DNA of 64,000 bases from a virus (IMGVR_UViG_3300030032_000362); one strand, 5' to 3'. Positions 39,868-48,920 are shown, counted from the first letter of the stretch. The notes: a model not told the origin generated them from the letters alone. Translations and numbers: made by a program.

Positions 39868-40432
39868 AAAAATAAACATGATTAAGGTTTCCCTTTATCC
39901 ATTATAAACTCAGTCATATTCGGCCACCGTGATGATAAGTCTGAGCGTTCAGGAGCGACCCTTGGCTTCTTACCACTGTCTAAGCACGAGTGGGAATGAT
40001 GCCCACAAATTTCACGGTTCTTTCAGAGAATGTTATATTTTCTATTTGCTCCGCAAAGCAAAAGATAATTTTAATTATAATTCTGCCATACCGCTACTTT
40101 AACGAATTTCTTGTGTTATACCCTGATTTCTCAGGTTTAAGGCAAACTGACTTGTTGAGATTTCCGTTTAGTCCGTGGTCTCTCACACCTCTCACATCAA
40201 CGGATTATTCCCGAACATCGGGCGTCTATTATGTCAGCCACAAGGATTCTGCTTTTGACCTCTTTATAATGATACACCACACAGCGTTGTTGACAGTTTC
40301 TGTCTTCATATCAAGAATCACTTCTTAATAAAAGTTGTTAATCAATTCAATATCTCATAATTGATTCAACTCATTACCATGCGTCTCAGCAGGATTGAAA
40401 ACTCCTTCTTCACTGAGGTAATCATGTTTAAA

Positions 40433-40503
40433 TGACGGCTGCGGGACTCGAACCCACACTTATAGGATGAAAACCTATTGTCTTACCTTTTGACTAAGCC
40501 GCC
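40433..40503 (-). tRNA. tRNA-Glu(TTC)
   Basis: Acceptor GGCGGCT/AGCCGTC. Anticodon stem ATAGG/CCTAT with loop TTTTCAT. T-arm GTGGG-TTCGAGT-CCCGC. 71 nt. Confidence 0.75.
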
Positions 40504-40774
40504 ATTCCCCTCTCTCGCAAAAAGAGAGGAGGCCAACCCAAAAAATAAAGAAAACCATAACATCTTTGAAACTCCCCGACTTGCTTTTTGCAAGTTCTCA
40601 TAACTACTAAAGATGTCTATAACTGCCAGCAAAAACCTGGTCGCAATATCTTTGTTTTGCTCTCTACAGTTACAGTTTTTTGCCAAGACCCAACCTGCGA
40701 CTGGTTAAGCCATTTTGGCTTCAGGAAGTTTGTCCTATGCGTTCCTATCCTCCCTCGCTAGAGAAAGTGAAACG

Positions 40775-40903
40775 CAAATCTGACGGTAAGGATTCGAACC
40801 TTACAAATTCGGGCAGTTCATGAAGAAAGTTTCAAATGGGAAAAAAACAAACTCTTGCAACTTATTCTTCTCGCCCGATGCATTTCCATAAATGCTAACG
40901 TCA
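40775..40903 (-). tRNA. tRNA-like gene whose anticodon stem is interrupted by about 60 nt (intron-like insertion or disrupted tRNA)
   Basis: 5' acceptor CTGACGT, D-arm GCAT-TTATGGAA-ATGC, 5' anticodon stem TCGGG; then about 60 nt; then CCCGA, ATTTG, T-arm TAAGG-TTCGAAT-CCTTA, and 3' acceptor CCGTCAG-A. Confidence 0.3.
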
Positions 40904-40950
40904 GAGCCAAGGTTCACATATGTCAAAATTTTGTCCATTATCATGGACAG

Positions 40951-41022
40951 CAGCGGTAGCAGGATTCGAACCTGCGAATACAGGAGTCAAAGTCCTGTGC
41001 CTTACCACTTGGCGATACCGCT
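40951..41022 (-). tRNA. tRNA-Gln(TTG)
   Basis: Acceptor AGCGGTA/TACCGCT. D-arm GCC-AAGTGGTAA-GGC. Anticodon loop CTTTGAC. T-arm GCAGG-TTCGAAT-CCTGC. Confidence 0.75.
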
Positions 41023-41157
41023 AGGTTTTGTCAAGGTGCTTGCTTTTCCGCCTTGACATAACAGAATAAACTATCCGAAAGAGGTGGATTATTAGTTCCA
41101 AACGCATATCATGATACATTGGAAAAATGTTTCACGATACATGCAAGCATTAAGGAG

Positions 41158-41229
41158 AGGAAGATATGGGATTTGAACCCATGACCATTCGGTTAACAGC
41201 CGAACGCTCTGCCGCTGAGCTAATCTTCC
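41158..41229 (-). tRNA. tRNA-Asn(GTT)
   Basis: Acceptor GGAAGAT/ATCTTCC. D-arm GCTC-AGCGGCA-GAGC. Anticodon loop CTGTTAA. T-arm ATGGG-TTCAAAT-CCCAT. Confidence 0.75.
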
Positions 41230-41325
41230 TTTTGCCCGAAGCGTTTGCGGTTATCACTCCGGACTTTGGGGGATTTTCTATAAATTCGATACATACGAAA
41301 AAGGTTTTCCGCAAACTTTAAGAAA

Positions 41326-41399
41326 TGGGGAGCGTGGGACTCGAACCCACGACCAACTGTGTATAAGACAGACACTCTAACCAACTGAGTTAGCTCCCT
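41326..41399 (-). tRNA. tRNA-Ile-like with UAU anticodon (reads AUA)
   Basis: D-arm ACTC-AGTTGGTTA-GAGT. Anticodon stem CTGT/ACAG with loop CTTATAC. T-arm GTGGG-TTCGAGT-CCCAC. The acceptor has 6 bp plus one A-C mismatch. Confidence 0.5.
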
Positions 41400-41498
41400 A
41401 TTTTATTGGCTGTGTTCTCCAAAAATGTGTTCTCCGCTATGTGCCCTCCTTTAATGTGTTCTCCATGTAAGAATGTTTTTTTAATCATCCTTACACTA

Positions 41499-41573
41499 CT
41501 AATATGTCTGTTTTGAATTGAAATGAAAACGATATTATGAGCAAAATTTTCCTTACACATGTCGTTACTCATT
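41499..41573 (-). promoter_or_regulatory. Extended promoter/operator element, copy 3 of 5
   Basis: CTAATATGTCTGTTTTGAATTGAAATGAAAACGATATTATGAGCAAAATTTTCCTTACACATGTC. Confidence 0.55.
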
Positions 41574-41586
41574 TGTTCTCACATTC

Positions 41587-41600
41587 TTAATATGTCTGTT
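41587..41600 (-). promoter_or_regulatory. Conserved promoter motif copy
   Basis: TTAATATGTCTGTT, followed by a GCTCCCCGAAGGGAGC hairpin terminator at about 41610-41640. Confidence 0.55.
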
Positions 41601-41657
41601 CAGAATTAAAAAATCATACAAAAAAGCTCCCCGAAGGGAGCCTTTTACAAAATCAAA

Positions 41658-42014
41658 TTAAAAATTATTTTCCCAACGCCAATTATGTTCCGGGTCCTCG
41701 TCCAATTCCTTGATTCGCTGAATTAGCGTTTCGATGCTATAACCACATGCTCCTATAAGCATATTGTTGGCAATCTGGAACTCTTTTTCTGTTTCGCAAT
41801 CAGAAAAGGCATATAAAATACCTCTCGCCATATCAATGGTAAGATTATCATCTTCCTGAATAGCGTCATAAAAATTCTCGCCCAATTTGTCCTCAAAGTT
41901 TTCAATTTCTTTTTTTGCATTTGCAATAATATTATTTTTCTTCTGCATATTATCAGCATTTAAATATTTTGACAAGATTTTCTTTTGCTTATCCGTCATA
42001 ACTATCTTACTCAT
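41658..42014 (-). CDS. Hypothetical protein (118 aa)
   Basis: Complete ORF with RBS AAGGAGGA. Confidence 0.45.
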   Translation of the reverse strand: MSKIVMTDKQKKILSKYLNADNMQKKNNIIANAKKEIENFEDKLGENFYDAIQEDDNLTIDMARGILYAFSDCETEKEFQIANNMLIGACGYSIETLIQRIKELDEDPEHNWRWENNF

Positions 42015-42038
42015 AATTAGTCCTCCTTGTTATTTAAT

Positions 42039-42338
42039 TTATTTACTGCATTTTTCATTATTTGCATACCAATTGCGTAGATTGCGGTTTATTGCATCAA
42101 TCTCATTCATTCTTTTGTTTTCGTCCACAGATGTTTTTCTTACACCATTTTCTGTGTACGCAAATTCTACTGGCAATTTGTTTTTTGTCATATGTCGGAT
42201 TCTATCTGCGTTAGTAAATTCCTTCTCTTCCTCCTTAGCCATTGTTTCTTCCTCTTTACGTCTTTTTTCTAACTCTAGCTCCTCTTCTTCTAATATTTGA
42301 GCAAAACAGAAGTAATTCTGTATAAACTGTCTACCCAT
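42039..42338 (-). CDS. Hypothetical K/E-rich protein (99 aa)
   Basis: Complete ORF. Confidence 0.4.
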   Translation of the reverse strand: MGRQFIQNYFCFAQILEEEELELEKRRKEEETMAKEEEKEFTNADRIRHMTKNKLPVEFAYTENGVRKTSVDENKRMNEIDAINRNLRNWYANNEKCSK

Positions 42339-42353
42339 TTGTATTCTCCTTTC

Positions 42354-42632
42354 TTATCTTAAAATAACCCCGCGTCTTTTCAACTCTTTTTCCATTGCCT
42401 TGATATTGGCATAACGCCAACTGTTGTCTCCGGAAACGTTATTTTGTTTTTTTAAGAATTTAATTGTGTTATCCAAATGAAGCGTAGTCATATCTTTTAT
42501 AGCAATCACTTTTCCATTCCACGTTTTCCAATGAGTTATTGGACGGGATGGACGAGAATCATACGCCTCATGCGGCTCATCGCCTAAGTATTCATCAGGC
42601 ATCGCAGCCATCATTTCAAATCCTAACGACAT
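42354..42632 (-). CDS. Hypothetical protein (92 aa)
   Basis: Complete ORF with RBS GAAGGAGG. Confidence 0.4.
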   Translation of the reverse strand: MSLGFEMMAAMPDEYLGDEPHEAYDSRPSRPITHWKTWNGKVIAIKDMTTLHLDNTIKFLKKQNNVSGDNSWRYANIKAMEKELKRRGVILR

Positions 42633-42716
42633 TTTAATTACCTCCTTCTAAGTATTCCTTTTTTCTTTTGAACTGAATCGTTCAAGATTAATTGGATATT
42701 ATCTAAGGACAAGATG

Positions 42717-43096
42717 ATTTAGCAAAAATCACTTTCATCCATACCATAATACTGTTGCGCATCAATATAATATTGGTCATCATGTAATGGAGTTCTCTTA
42801 GCTCTTTCAAAATACTTGCCAATATCTAACCAACATTGATGTTTCGTAAGAGGTTGAATATCCATGTCTAAGTGATTGTTGATGAATAATATTGTCTTTT
42901 CCTGTTTTTTCGTTGGTTTATATTTCTCAGGAATCTTCCATTCATCATCTAAATATGTAATTTTACAGGACTTACAAACAAATTTTTTATGTTCAACTTT
43001 CTGATAATAAGTCTATTCATCTTCCCAATGATAAAACCCTTCCATTTTGCAATAGGTTTTATTATCCATTTCTTTATTGCAATTAGGGCACTTCAT
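42717..43096 (-). pseudogene. Zinc-ribbon protein gene interrupted by a single in-frame TAG (nonsense pseudogene or stop-codon readthrough)
   Basis: AGGAGG RBS, then ATG at 43094-43096. The translation MKCPNCNKEMDNKTYCKMEGFYHWEDE reaches TAG at 43013-43015. The same frame stays open for another 98 codons (TYYQKVEHKKFVCKSCKITYLDDEW... to TAA 42717). The two CxxC pairs lie on opposite sides of the TAG. Confidence 0.5.
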
Positions 43097-43262
43097 ATTC
43101 TCGCCTCCTAAAAAATCAATACCTTTCTCACTATCGTTTGTAAAACATTAATATCTGTAATCTGCTTTACCATTTTAAGCTGTACGCTCATATCATCTTC
43201 CTTTTTAATTTCTTTTATCAATCTATCTGCTTGTTTATTTATTTCTATTGTTTTTGTAAAAC

Positions 43263-43859
43263 TCATACTTCATTGCCTCCTTTATCATCCAATTGTTTCT
43301 TTGCCAGTTTAAATGCAAACATGTAAATATCAAGAATATCGGTTTCTTCCCGACCAATATTTTTTACAATTTCATACGCATCCTCTTCTAGTGCGGCTAA
43401 TGAATCATATCCTTTATTTCCGATGCCTTTTCCGTCATCAAAATCTATTAAGATATTATCCATAACAACATCAAGTTCATTTGAATCAACGCATAAATAA
43501 CCCAACCAATCATTTTTTTCTGCCAGTTCTTTCAACTGTTCTTTGGCTTTTTCCATATCATAATTGTAAATCGGCCTGCTGTGACAAAGTATCTTTTCCT
43601 TAAAATAGTCGATGTTATTTACATAATCAGAAAATTTGTCAAAGGTCATATTATCAAAATTTGCAGCAATTAACTCGCCTAAATCCCCACTAATATGCAA
43701 TCGGCAATAATCTTCTTCAAAAAGAAACCGAATTCGATAAATATTTGTATCCGGCGCTTTAAAGTCCAATACTTTAATGTTTCCATAGTCAGCAAAAGCT
43801 GCTACATGGTTTTCAAAAATTTCCTTCCATAATTCTGAATTGAATTTTCTTTTATGCAT
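43263..43859 (-). CDS. Hypothetical protein (198 aa)
   Basis: Complete ORF with RBS AAGGAGGAAT. Confidence 0.45.
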   Translation of the reverse strand: MHKRKFNSELWKEIFENHVAAFADYGNIKVLDFKAPDTNIYRIRFLFEEDYCRLHISGDLGELIAANFDNMTFDKFSDYVNNIDYFKEKILCHSRPIYNYDMEKAKEQLKELAEKNDWLGYLCVDSNELDVVMDNILIDFDDGKGIGNKGYDSLAALEEDAYEIVKNIGREETDILDIYMFAFKLAKKQLDDKGGNEV

Positions 43860-43916
43860 AGAATTCCTCCTTTTTTAATTTGATTGTTAATACCTCCATG
43901 ATGTTTGCTGTATAAT

Positions 43917-43930
43917 AATAATATGTCTGT
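43917..43930 (-). promoter_or_regulatory. Conserved promoter motif copy (ATAATATGTCTGTT)
   Basis: About 58 bp upstream of ATG 43859. Confidence 0.55.
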
Positions 43931-44004
43931 TTATCCGGCAAGATAAAATCCCAATATAAAGAAAACTGGTAGGGAAACCAGAAATTGTAACTGTAAGCAG
44001 CTAA

Positions 44005-44060
44005 CCCTCAGCTCTATATTACCTATACATATAGTCTGTGAAAAAAATGAGGGTAGTAAT
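44005..44060 (-). promoter_or_regulatory. Long variant element (B-type), copy 3 of 3
   Basis: CCCTCAGCTCTATATTACCTATACATATAGTCTGTGAAAAAAATGAGGGTAGTAA. Confidence 0.5.
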
Positions 44061-44157
44061 ATTATATATTAAACACTCTCTGTAACATACCATTTTCCGT
44101 TGTTTTTCACAAAAAAAAGACTTCCTAAATTATAGAAAGCCTCTTTTCGTACTTAAA

Positions 44158-44697
44158 TCAATCAAGTGGTAGATTTTTTATCTGCTTTTCCGTCATGACT
44201 TTGTATTTTAGCAAAAGATTTACCATAATCTCTGCATCATTATCACAAAGGTCATGTTTTGGATGATAAGCCATCGCATCTGCGATTTCCTGCATTCCTT
44301 CTTTAACAGAAATATGTTTGTTTCCGTCATAATCAATAAATCTCTTATTGGACACAACATCAAGCACTTCATCAAGCTTAACGCTATGCGTCCACGTTGC
44401 AATTGCTGAAAATTCTTCATCGGTCAAAGTATCTTCGTCAGTCTCTAATGCTTGAATATCGACTAACTCGATGTATTCTACGGAATCTTCATCACAGTTA
44501 AATTCCGGACACAAAGAACACCAAAGTTCTTCTAAGTCGGATAAATTAATTGCATCCAGTTCTGTTTCGTCCAATGTATCATCCTTATTGATAAATCCGA
44601 TTCGATAAACATGAGTTGAATCGGAACCAGACGGAATAACAACATTTTTCCCTGCTTCTAAAATTGTCATATAACTTCCTCCTAATCTACAAACCAC
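44158..44697 (-). CDS. Hypothetical acidic protein (179 aa)
   Basis: Complete ORF. Confidence 0.4.
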   Translation of the reverse strand: MVCRLGGSYMTILEAGKNVVIPSGSDSTHVYRIGFINKDDTLDETELDAINLSDLEELWCSLCPEFNCDEDSVEYIELVDIQALETDEDTLTDEEFSAIATWTHSVKLDEVLDVVSNKRFIDYDGNKHISVKEGMQEIADAMAYHPKHDLCDNDAEIMVNLLLKYKVMTEKQIKNLPLD

Positions 44698-44860
44698 TCA
44701 CCGACTTTATTACCGTTGATGTCCATAATGCTGCCATTATTACGACCATCAGCAAGGTCTCTTGAAATTTCGGTAAGATTTCTCTGCAATTCACAGCGTC
44801 CGGCAAATGTAAGTCCATCACCGTCATTATATGCGGCTCCGCCTGTTTTAATCTTAATGT

Positions 44861-45133
44861 CTAACATAATTTAACCTCCCTTTCAATTGTGAGTTTGGTA
44901 TTTCCTGGGTAAGTTTCATAAAGCGATTTACACCACGCCTCATCATAAATTTTCTCCTCCAAGAATAAAATATCCTGAGCACGATGAGTTGTCTTAAAAT
45001 AAAATGTTTTACGCCCATCTTCAGAATCTTTTGCATCATTTTTCCATTTGGCAATAATTACAATAAGACTTTTTTCGTCTTCTTTTGTCATTTCTCCGGC
45101 TAAAAAACCGGTATATAATTTGTAATTACTCAT
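44861..45133 (-). CDS. Hypothetical protein (90 aa)
   Basis: Complete ORF with RBS AGGAGG. Confidence 0.4.
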   Translation of the reverse strand: MSNYKLYTGFLAGEMTKEDEKSLIVIIAKWKNDAKDSEDGRKTFYFKTTHRAQDILFLEEKIYDEAWCKSLYETYPGNTKLTIEREVKLC

Positions 45134-45331
45134 TTTTTTACCTCCTTAATTCCCTAAGCAGGAATTTTTTCTCTCCATTTTCTGATTCGAACAGGATATG
45201 TTACATTTTCTCTGTATGTTTTTAACTGTACTTTTGCATCTGCAAGGTTTTCACAGTTAACTTCAATATCCCATCCATAGCCACAATTTCCTTCGATTAC
45301 ATAGCAATCTTTTGTCTTTCTCTTATACATA

Positions 45332-45574
45332 TTAATTCTCCTTTCCGTTAAGCCGGAACCAAAGGGCTCCCTGCATGAACTGCACCAATCCTTCTACACT
45401 TTTACTATGACAAAGCATATTTTCAAATGTCATTGGACGGTCAGCCTTGTAAATGTAATAACCATCCGGTGCTTTATAAAAAGAAACCGGAGTTACACAG
45501 TTTTCAAAACCAATTAACACCCCTTTTCCAATGGGGTTACTTGTGATTTTTTCTCTGATTTTAGTTTCTGTCAT
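45332..45574 (-). CDS. Hypothetical protein (80 aa)
   Basis: Complete ORF with RBS AGGAGGAC. Confidence 0.4.
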   Translation of the reverse strand: MTETKIREKITSNPIGKGVLIGFENCVTPVSFYKAPDGYYIYKADRPMTFENMLCHSKSVEGLVQFMQGALWFRLNGKEN

Positions 45575-45592
45575 AATATTGTCCTCCTTAAA

Positions 45593-45928
45593 TTAGCTTG
45601 CCATACTTAAAGATTTCCACCAAGCCTTGCCACCGCCGGGAATATCATAGAATCTCAAAAATGCGTTAATATGGCGCATTGTAGTTGCGCTATACTCATC
45701 CCACAGTTTCTCAAATTTACCATTTCGAATTCGGCAAACGGTTGTAGCGTAACTCATTAATTCCACATCTCCGTTGTCGTATTCCGTTACAATAGCTTTG
45801 TTGTAAAAACTTTTTCTTGCATCGCCGATTGCCGGCAGTTCAAATCTCTTCATATCCATACCTCCTTGATTTTTACGTCTCCGTATTGTTTTATTGATAC
45901 TATTAATATGTCTGTCAGATAGGCGCAT
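45593..45928 (-). CDS. Hypothetical protein (about 90-111 aa)
   Basis: Complete ORF. The likely start is internal (MDMKRFEL), preceded by GGAGG. Confidence 0.4.
   Translation of the reverse strand: MRLSDRHINSINKTIRRRKNQGGMDMKRFELPAIGDARKSFYNKAIVTEYDNGDVELMSYATTVCRIRNGKFEKLWDEYSATTMRHINAFLRFYDIPGGGKAWWKSLSMAS
45903..45916 (-). promoter_or_regulatory. Conserved promoter motif copy (TTAATATGTCTGTC)
   Basis: Upstream of the 45593..45928 coding start; it overlaps only the annotated N-terminal extension. Confidence 0.5.
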
Positions 45929-45970
45929 AAAAAAAAGACTCTCCGAAGAGAGCCTTATTAAATAACAAAA

Positions 45971-46606
45971 TTAGCATACTTTTTTCCAGTTAATAGTTTG
46001 TATGTAGCCATCTGCCTGATAAATATGAAGTTCTTCATCGGCCGGAATATCATACTCTTTTCTACAATATTCTTCCAGACCGGACTGTGATGCCTTCCAT
46101 AAAGTGTCATCTGTAATTACATCATCATAAGATTCTGTGTCTGTAACAATTGTAACGCAAGACACTCTGTTGAAATAAAAAGCTTCAAGCAGCTTTACAT
46201 CAACATCTCCTTTAATAATATAATTTTGCCATTCACGCTGACAAGCACCCCGGATAGTGCCGGTAGTAAATGTATCTTTCGGATATAATACACGAAGTAC
46301 AGCCATAAAAATATCCTCTGTGCATCTGCAATTCTCATACAATTCTTTAAGTTTTGCATTTGCTTCATCGGATAAATCTTCTGGATATTCACCCCAAGCA
46401 TCAATATCATCCAAAACTTCTTTTGTTCTTTGATACCATGATGCCTCTGAGAAATTGTTGTAATCCCGATTTCCAGTTAATACAACTTCTTCATCAAAAT
46501 TTTCACAATCAACATAATCTCTCCACATAGCACTTTTGGTATATAAATAATCTGTGCTACTTCCAGTGTTATCAATTCTAATTTCTGTCATAATATTATC
46601 CTCCAA
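45971..46606 (-). CDS. Hypothetical acidic protein (211 aa)
   Basis: Complete ORF with RBS GGAGGA. A hairpin terminator (GGCTCTCTTCGGAGAGTCTTTTTTTT, minus-strand reading) follows at about 45930-45965. Confidence 0.45.
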   Translation of the reverse strand: MEDNIMTEIRIDNTGSSTDYLYTKSAMWRDYVDCENFDEEVVLTGNRDYNNFSEASWYQRTKEVLDDIDAWGEYPEDLSDEANAKLKELYENCRCTEDIFMAVLRVLYPKDTFTTGTIRGACQREWQNYIIKGDVDVKLLEAFYFNRVSCVTIVTDTESYDDVITDDTLWKASQSGLEEYCRKEYDIPADEELHIYQADGYIQTINWKKVC

Positions 46607-46950
46607 TCTTTTAAGTAAATTATTGTTTCACTACTTGCTATCCTAAAGAAATACCACCTGGAAACCTATACAGTGGAAGTGGTTCTTCGCCTTGATTCGT
46701 TTTTTGCACTCCGCATAAAACACCTTTGTATTCACCATGCCAAACTTCTAATTTCCAGTTATACTTCTTTGCTATTTTTTTCAGTTCTTCATTCATTTTA
46801 ATTTCCTCCATTTCTTTGTTTAATTATTTCAACATGTGCATCTCCACGACCAATGGCCGCGCCAAAATACTTTTTCATAATACTTGCAGCCTTTACAGCC
46901 AACATTTTTTCTTTTAGATTTACTAGTCTTTCTTTTGCAAAAAAATGCCA

Positions 46951-47550
46951 TTATTTTGCCTCCAATTCTTTTAAAATTTTTATAACCTCTTTATCTCGCT
47001 CATTTAATTCAAGCCCTTTTTCTACATGATTTAACCAATTTGCCAAAGGGCTAATAGATTCAAGTTCAAGATAATATCCAACAAACTCTTCTATATTTGC
47101 AGTCTTAGTAAATAATACTGATGCATCAAATCTAGGGTCTTTACTTCCATCACTGGACACTTCATCAAAACATTTTTTCCATCTTTCATTATATCTCGCA
47201 ATATAATACTGTTTTGTTTTCATGTAGTCCTCACATAATTCTTTATAGGCTTTTTTAGCAGCTTCTTTTAACTTTGCTTCCCAATCGTTGTCCGCAAAAT
47301 CAATTTCATATTCGTACCATTCCTGGTCATCATCATGTTGCCAACAACCTTCCTTATTTTTTAATAAGCCATAAAAGGCGCTACAATATATCGTTTTTTC
47401 TGTTGTATTATCAATACAAATATTGTACTCAACCGCTCGTTCATCGTTTCCATACTGGACTTCTCCCCATGAATCATAACATTCATGGTTTTGAATCGCT
47501 TTTAAAATTTTGTCTTTTCTCACATTACTTATATAAATAAATTTGCTCAT
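46951..47550 (-). CDS. Hypothetical protein (199 aa)
   Basis: Complete ORF with RBS GGAGGAAAAT. Confidence 0.45.
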   Translation of the reverse strand: MSKFIYISNVRKDKILKAIQNHECYDSWGEVQYGNDERAVEYNICIDNTTEKTIYCSAFYGLLKNKEGCWQHDDDQEWYEYEIDFADNDWEAKLKEAAKKAYKELCEDYMKTKQYYIARYNERWKKCFDEVSSDGSKDPRFDASVLFTKTANIEEFVGYYLELESISPLANWLNHVEKGLELNERDKEVIKILKELEAK

Positions 47551-47573
47551 ATATTTTCCTCCATTTCTTTTTC

Positions 47574-47900
47574 TTAAACCATAAATTCTCCTGCAATATA
47601 CAGTCTGGCAAGATTCAGTCCCTCTTTTAAATATCTTGAAGTCATGTGCGTGATATTCGTAAATTCATCATCTTTGTTTCGAATATAAATTTCAGGAATT
47701 TCTTTCTCTACATTCCATGCATACCGGTTACTAAATGCCATAAGTGAGTTTGTGTAAACAACACAATCTTTTTGCCTCTCCAACAACTCATCAAGAAAAG
47801 CAATATTGGACGAAACGCCACTGGCGGCGTCAACAATATAATAAAAGCTTTCCTTTAGTTTCGGTGTTCTTAGGCAGGAATCTTCAAAATATATTTTCAT
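47574..47900 (-). CDS. Hypothetical protein (108 aa)
   Basis: Complete ORF with RBS AAAGGAGAT. Confidence 0.4.
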   Translation of the reverse strand: MKIYFEDSCLRTPKLKESFYYIVDAASGVSSNIAFLDELLERQKDCVVYTNSLMAFSNRYAWNVEKEIPEIYIRNKDDEFTNITHMTSRYLKEGLNLARLYIAGEFMV

Positions 47901-47962
47901 AAACTATATCTCCTTTCCTTTTTTGTTATTTAATTTCAACTCCTCTTGTTTTTAATATAGTA

Positions 47963-47976
47963 TTAATATGTCTGTT
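47963..47976 (-). promoter_or_regulatory. Conserved promoter motif copy
   Basis: TTAATATGTCTGTT, followed by the GCCCCCGAAGGGGC hairpin terminator (about 47995-48020) of the upstream unit. Confidence 0.55.
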
Positions 47977-48019
47977 TTAAGAAATAAACAAAAGAAAAAG
48001 CCCCCGAAGGGGCTTCATG

Positions 48020-48561
48020 GAATTACAATAAATTTTGAACTGCACCAACAAGATTAAAATATTCCATACCGTATAATCTAGCAACATTTCCGCCATCATA
48101 GCGGGATTCCTGTTCTTCCTTGTCGGAACACGGGATATCAATGCCCTTTTCGTCCAATAATTCCTCAAACAACTCTACAATTTCTGTTGCATGAGCATTT
48201 TTTGTGCTTCAACATCATCACAATTTTTAACTCCCGGAAAATTGAGAGCCTCGTCAGGCAATTGAGGCAATGGCATCCAAAATAATACTTCTTTTGTTAC
48301 ATCAGCTTCTGCTTTTGAGTCAACGTATTTTCCTAAACACCATATTTTTTCTGGTTCGATAAATCGTGCTTTCCTTGTGTAAATTTCATCAAACTTAGGT
48401 AAATATTCTCCCTTTGACTTGCGGTGTTCGATGATTAGATAATAACCACTTTCTGATGGAGATTTTAATGCCGCCGGAATCCATGTCCGAGCAGCATTAT
48501 AACCATCATGAAAACCATTCTCATAGGTTGATTTCATAAAAAGTCCTCCTTTTAGCAGCAA
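48020..48561 (-). pseudogene. DUF551-like protein gene split by a frameshift at an A-run near 48170-48180
   Basis: The 128-aa ORF (48175..48561) ends ...VLFWMPLPQLPDEALNF...MLMQQKL*. A shift of 1 nt at GCACAAAAAATGC opens a clean extension (...ATEIVELFEELLDEKGIDIPCSDKEEQESRYDGGNVARLYGMEYFNLVGAVQNLL*) that runs to about 48020. Confidence 0.45.
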
Positions 48562-48833
48562 ACGCCAAGCCAGCCGTGATATTCTTCTTTAATATATTTG
48601 TTATATAAGAAGTCACACGCCTTTTCTCTGGCTTCCTTATTGATTTTCCATGAATTGCAAACGCAGATTTTATGTACCAATCTCTGCAACAACATAATTG
48701 GACATGCCGTTTTTCTTAATCTCTGCAATTCGTCTCCGAAAACCTCTTCTACTTTTGCTGCCACGATTTTTTCTGCTGAATTTTTACTCATATCTGTCCT
48801 CCTGTTTGTTTTAATCTTTTTTGTTACATTCAA
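48552..48833 (-). CDS. Hypothetical protein (about 79-93 aa)
   Basis: Complete ORF; overlaps the downstream gene by 10 nt. Confidence 0.35.
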   Translation of the reverse strand: MNVTKKIKTNRRTDMSKNSAEKIVAAKVEEVFGDELQRLRKTACPIMLLQRLVHKICVCNSWKINKEAREKACDFLYNKYIKEEYHGWLGVCC

Positions 48834-48906
48834 TTTTTTTAAAAAATGTGTTCAAAATCTTCTGGTATTCCCATAATATTCTCCTTTCTTGTTAATAAAA
48901 TCATTT

Positions 48907-48920
48907 TTAATATGTCTGTT
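48907..48920 (-). promoter_or_regulatory. Conserved promoter motif copy
   Basis: TTAATATGTCTGTT. Confidence 0.55.

Noticed and set aside
40483-40686. 67-aa ORF overlapping tRNA-Glu, and ORFs 39356..39628 and 39990..40328 in the tRNA/structured-RNA region
   Set aside because: They overlap convincing tRNA and structured-RNA features, lack an RBS and have odd composition. They are probably not protein-coding.
42717-43096. Element-wide TAG (amber) recoding, as in some megaphages
   Set aside because: The 1312-, 1896-, 806- and 762-aa genes are uninterrupted in the standard code and stop-codon usage looks normal. A single in-frame TAG does not support global recoding.
45971-46606. ArdA-type anti-restriction protein call for the acidic 211-aa protein
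   Set aside because: Acidic composition alone is not diagnostic and no ArdA sequence blocks were recognisable. Left as hypothetical.
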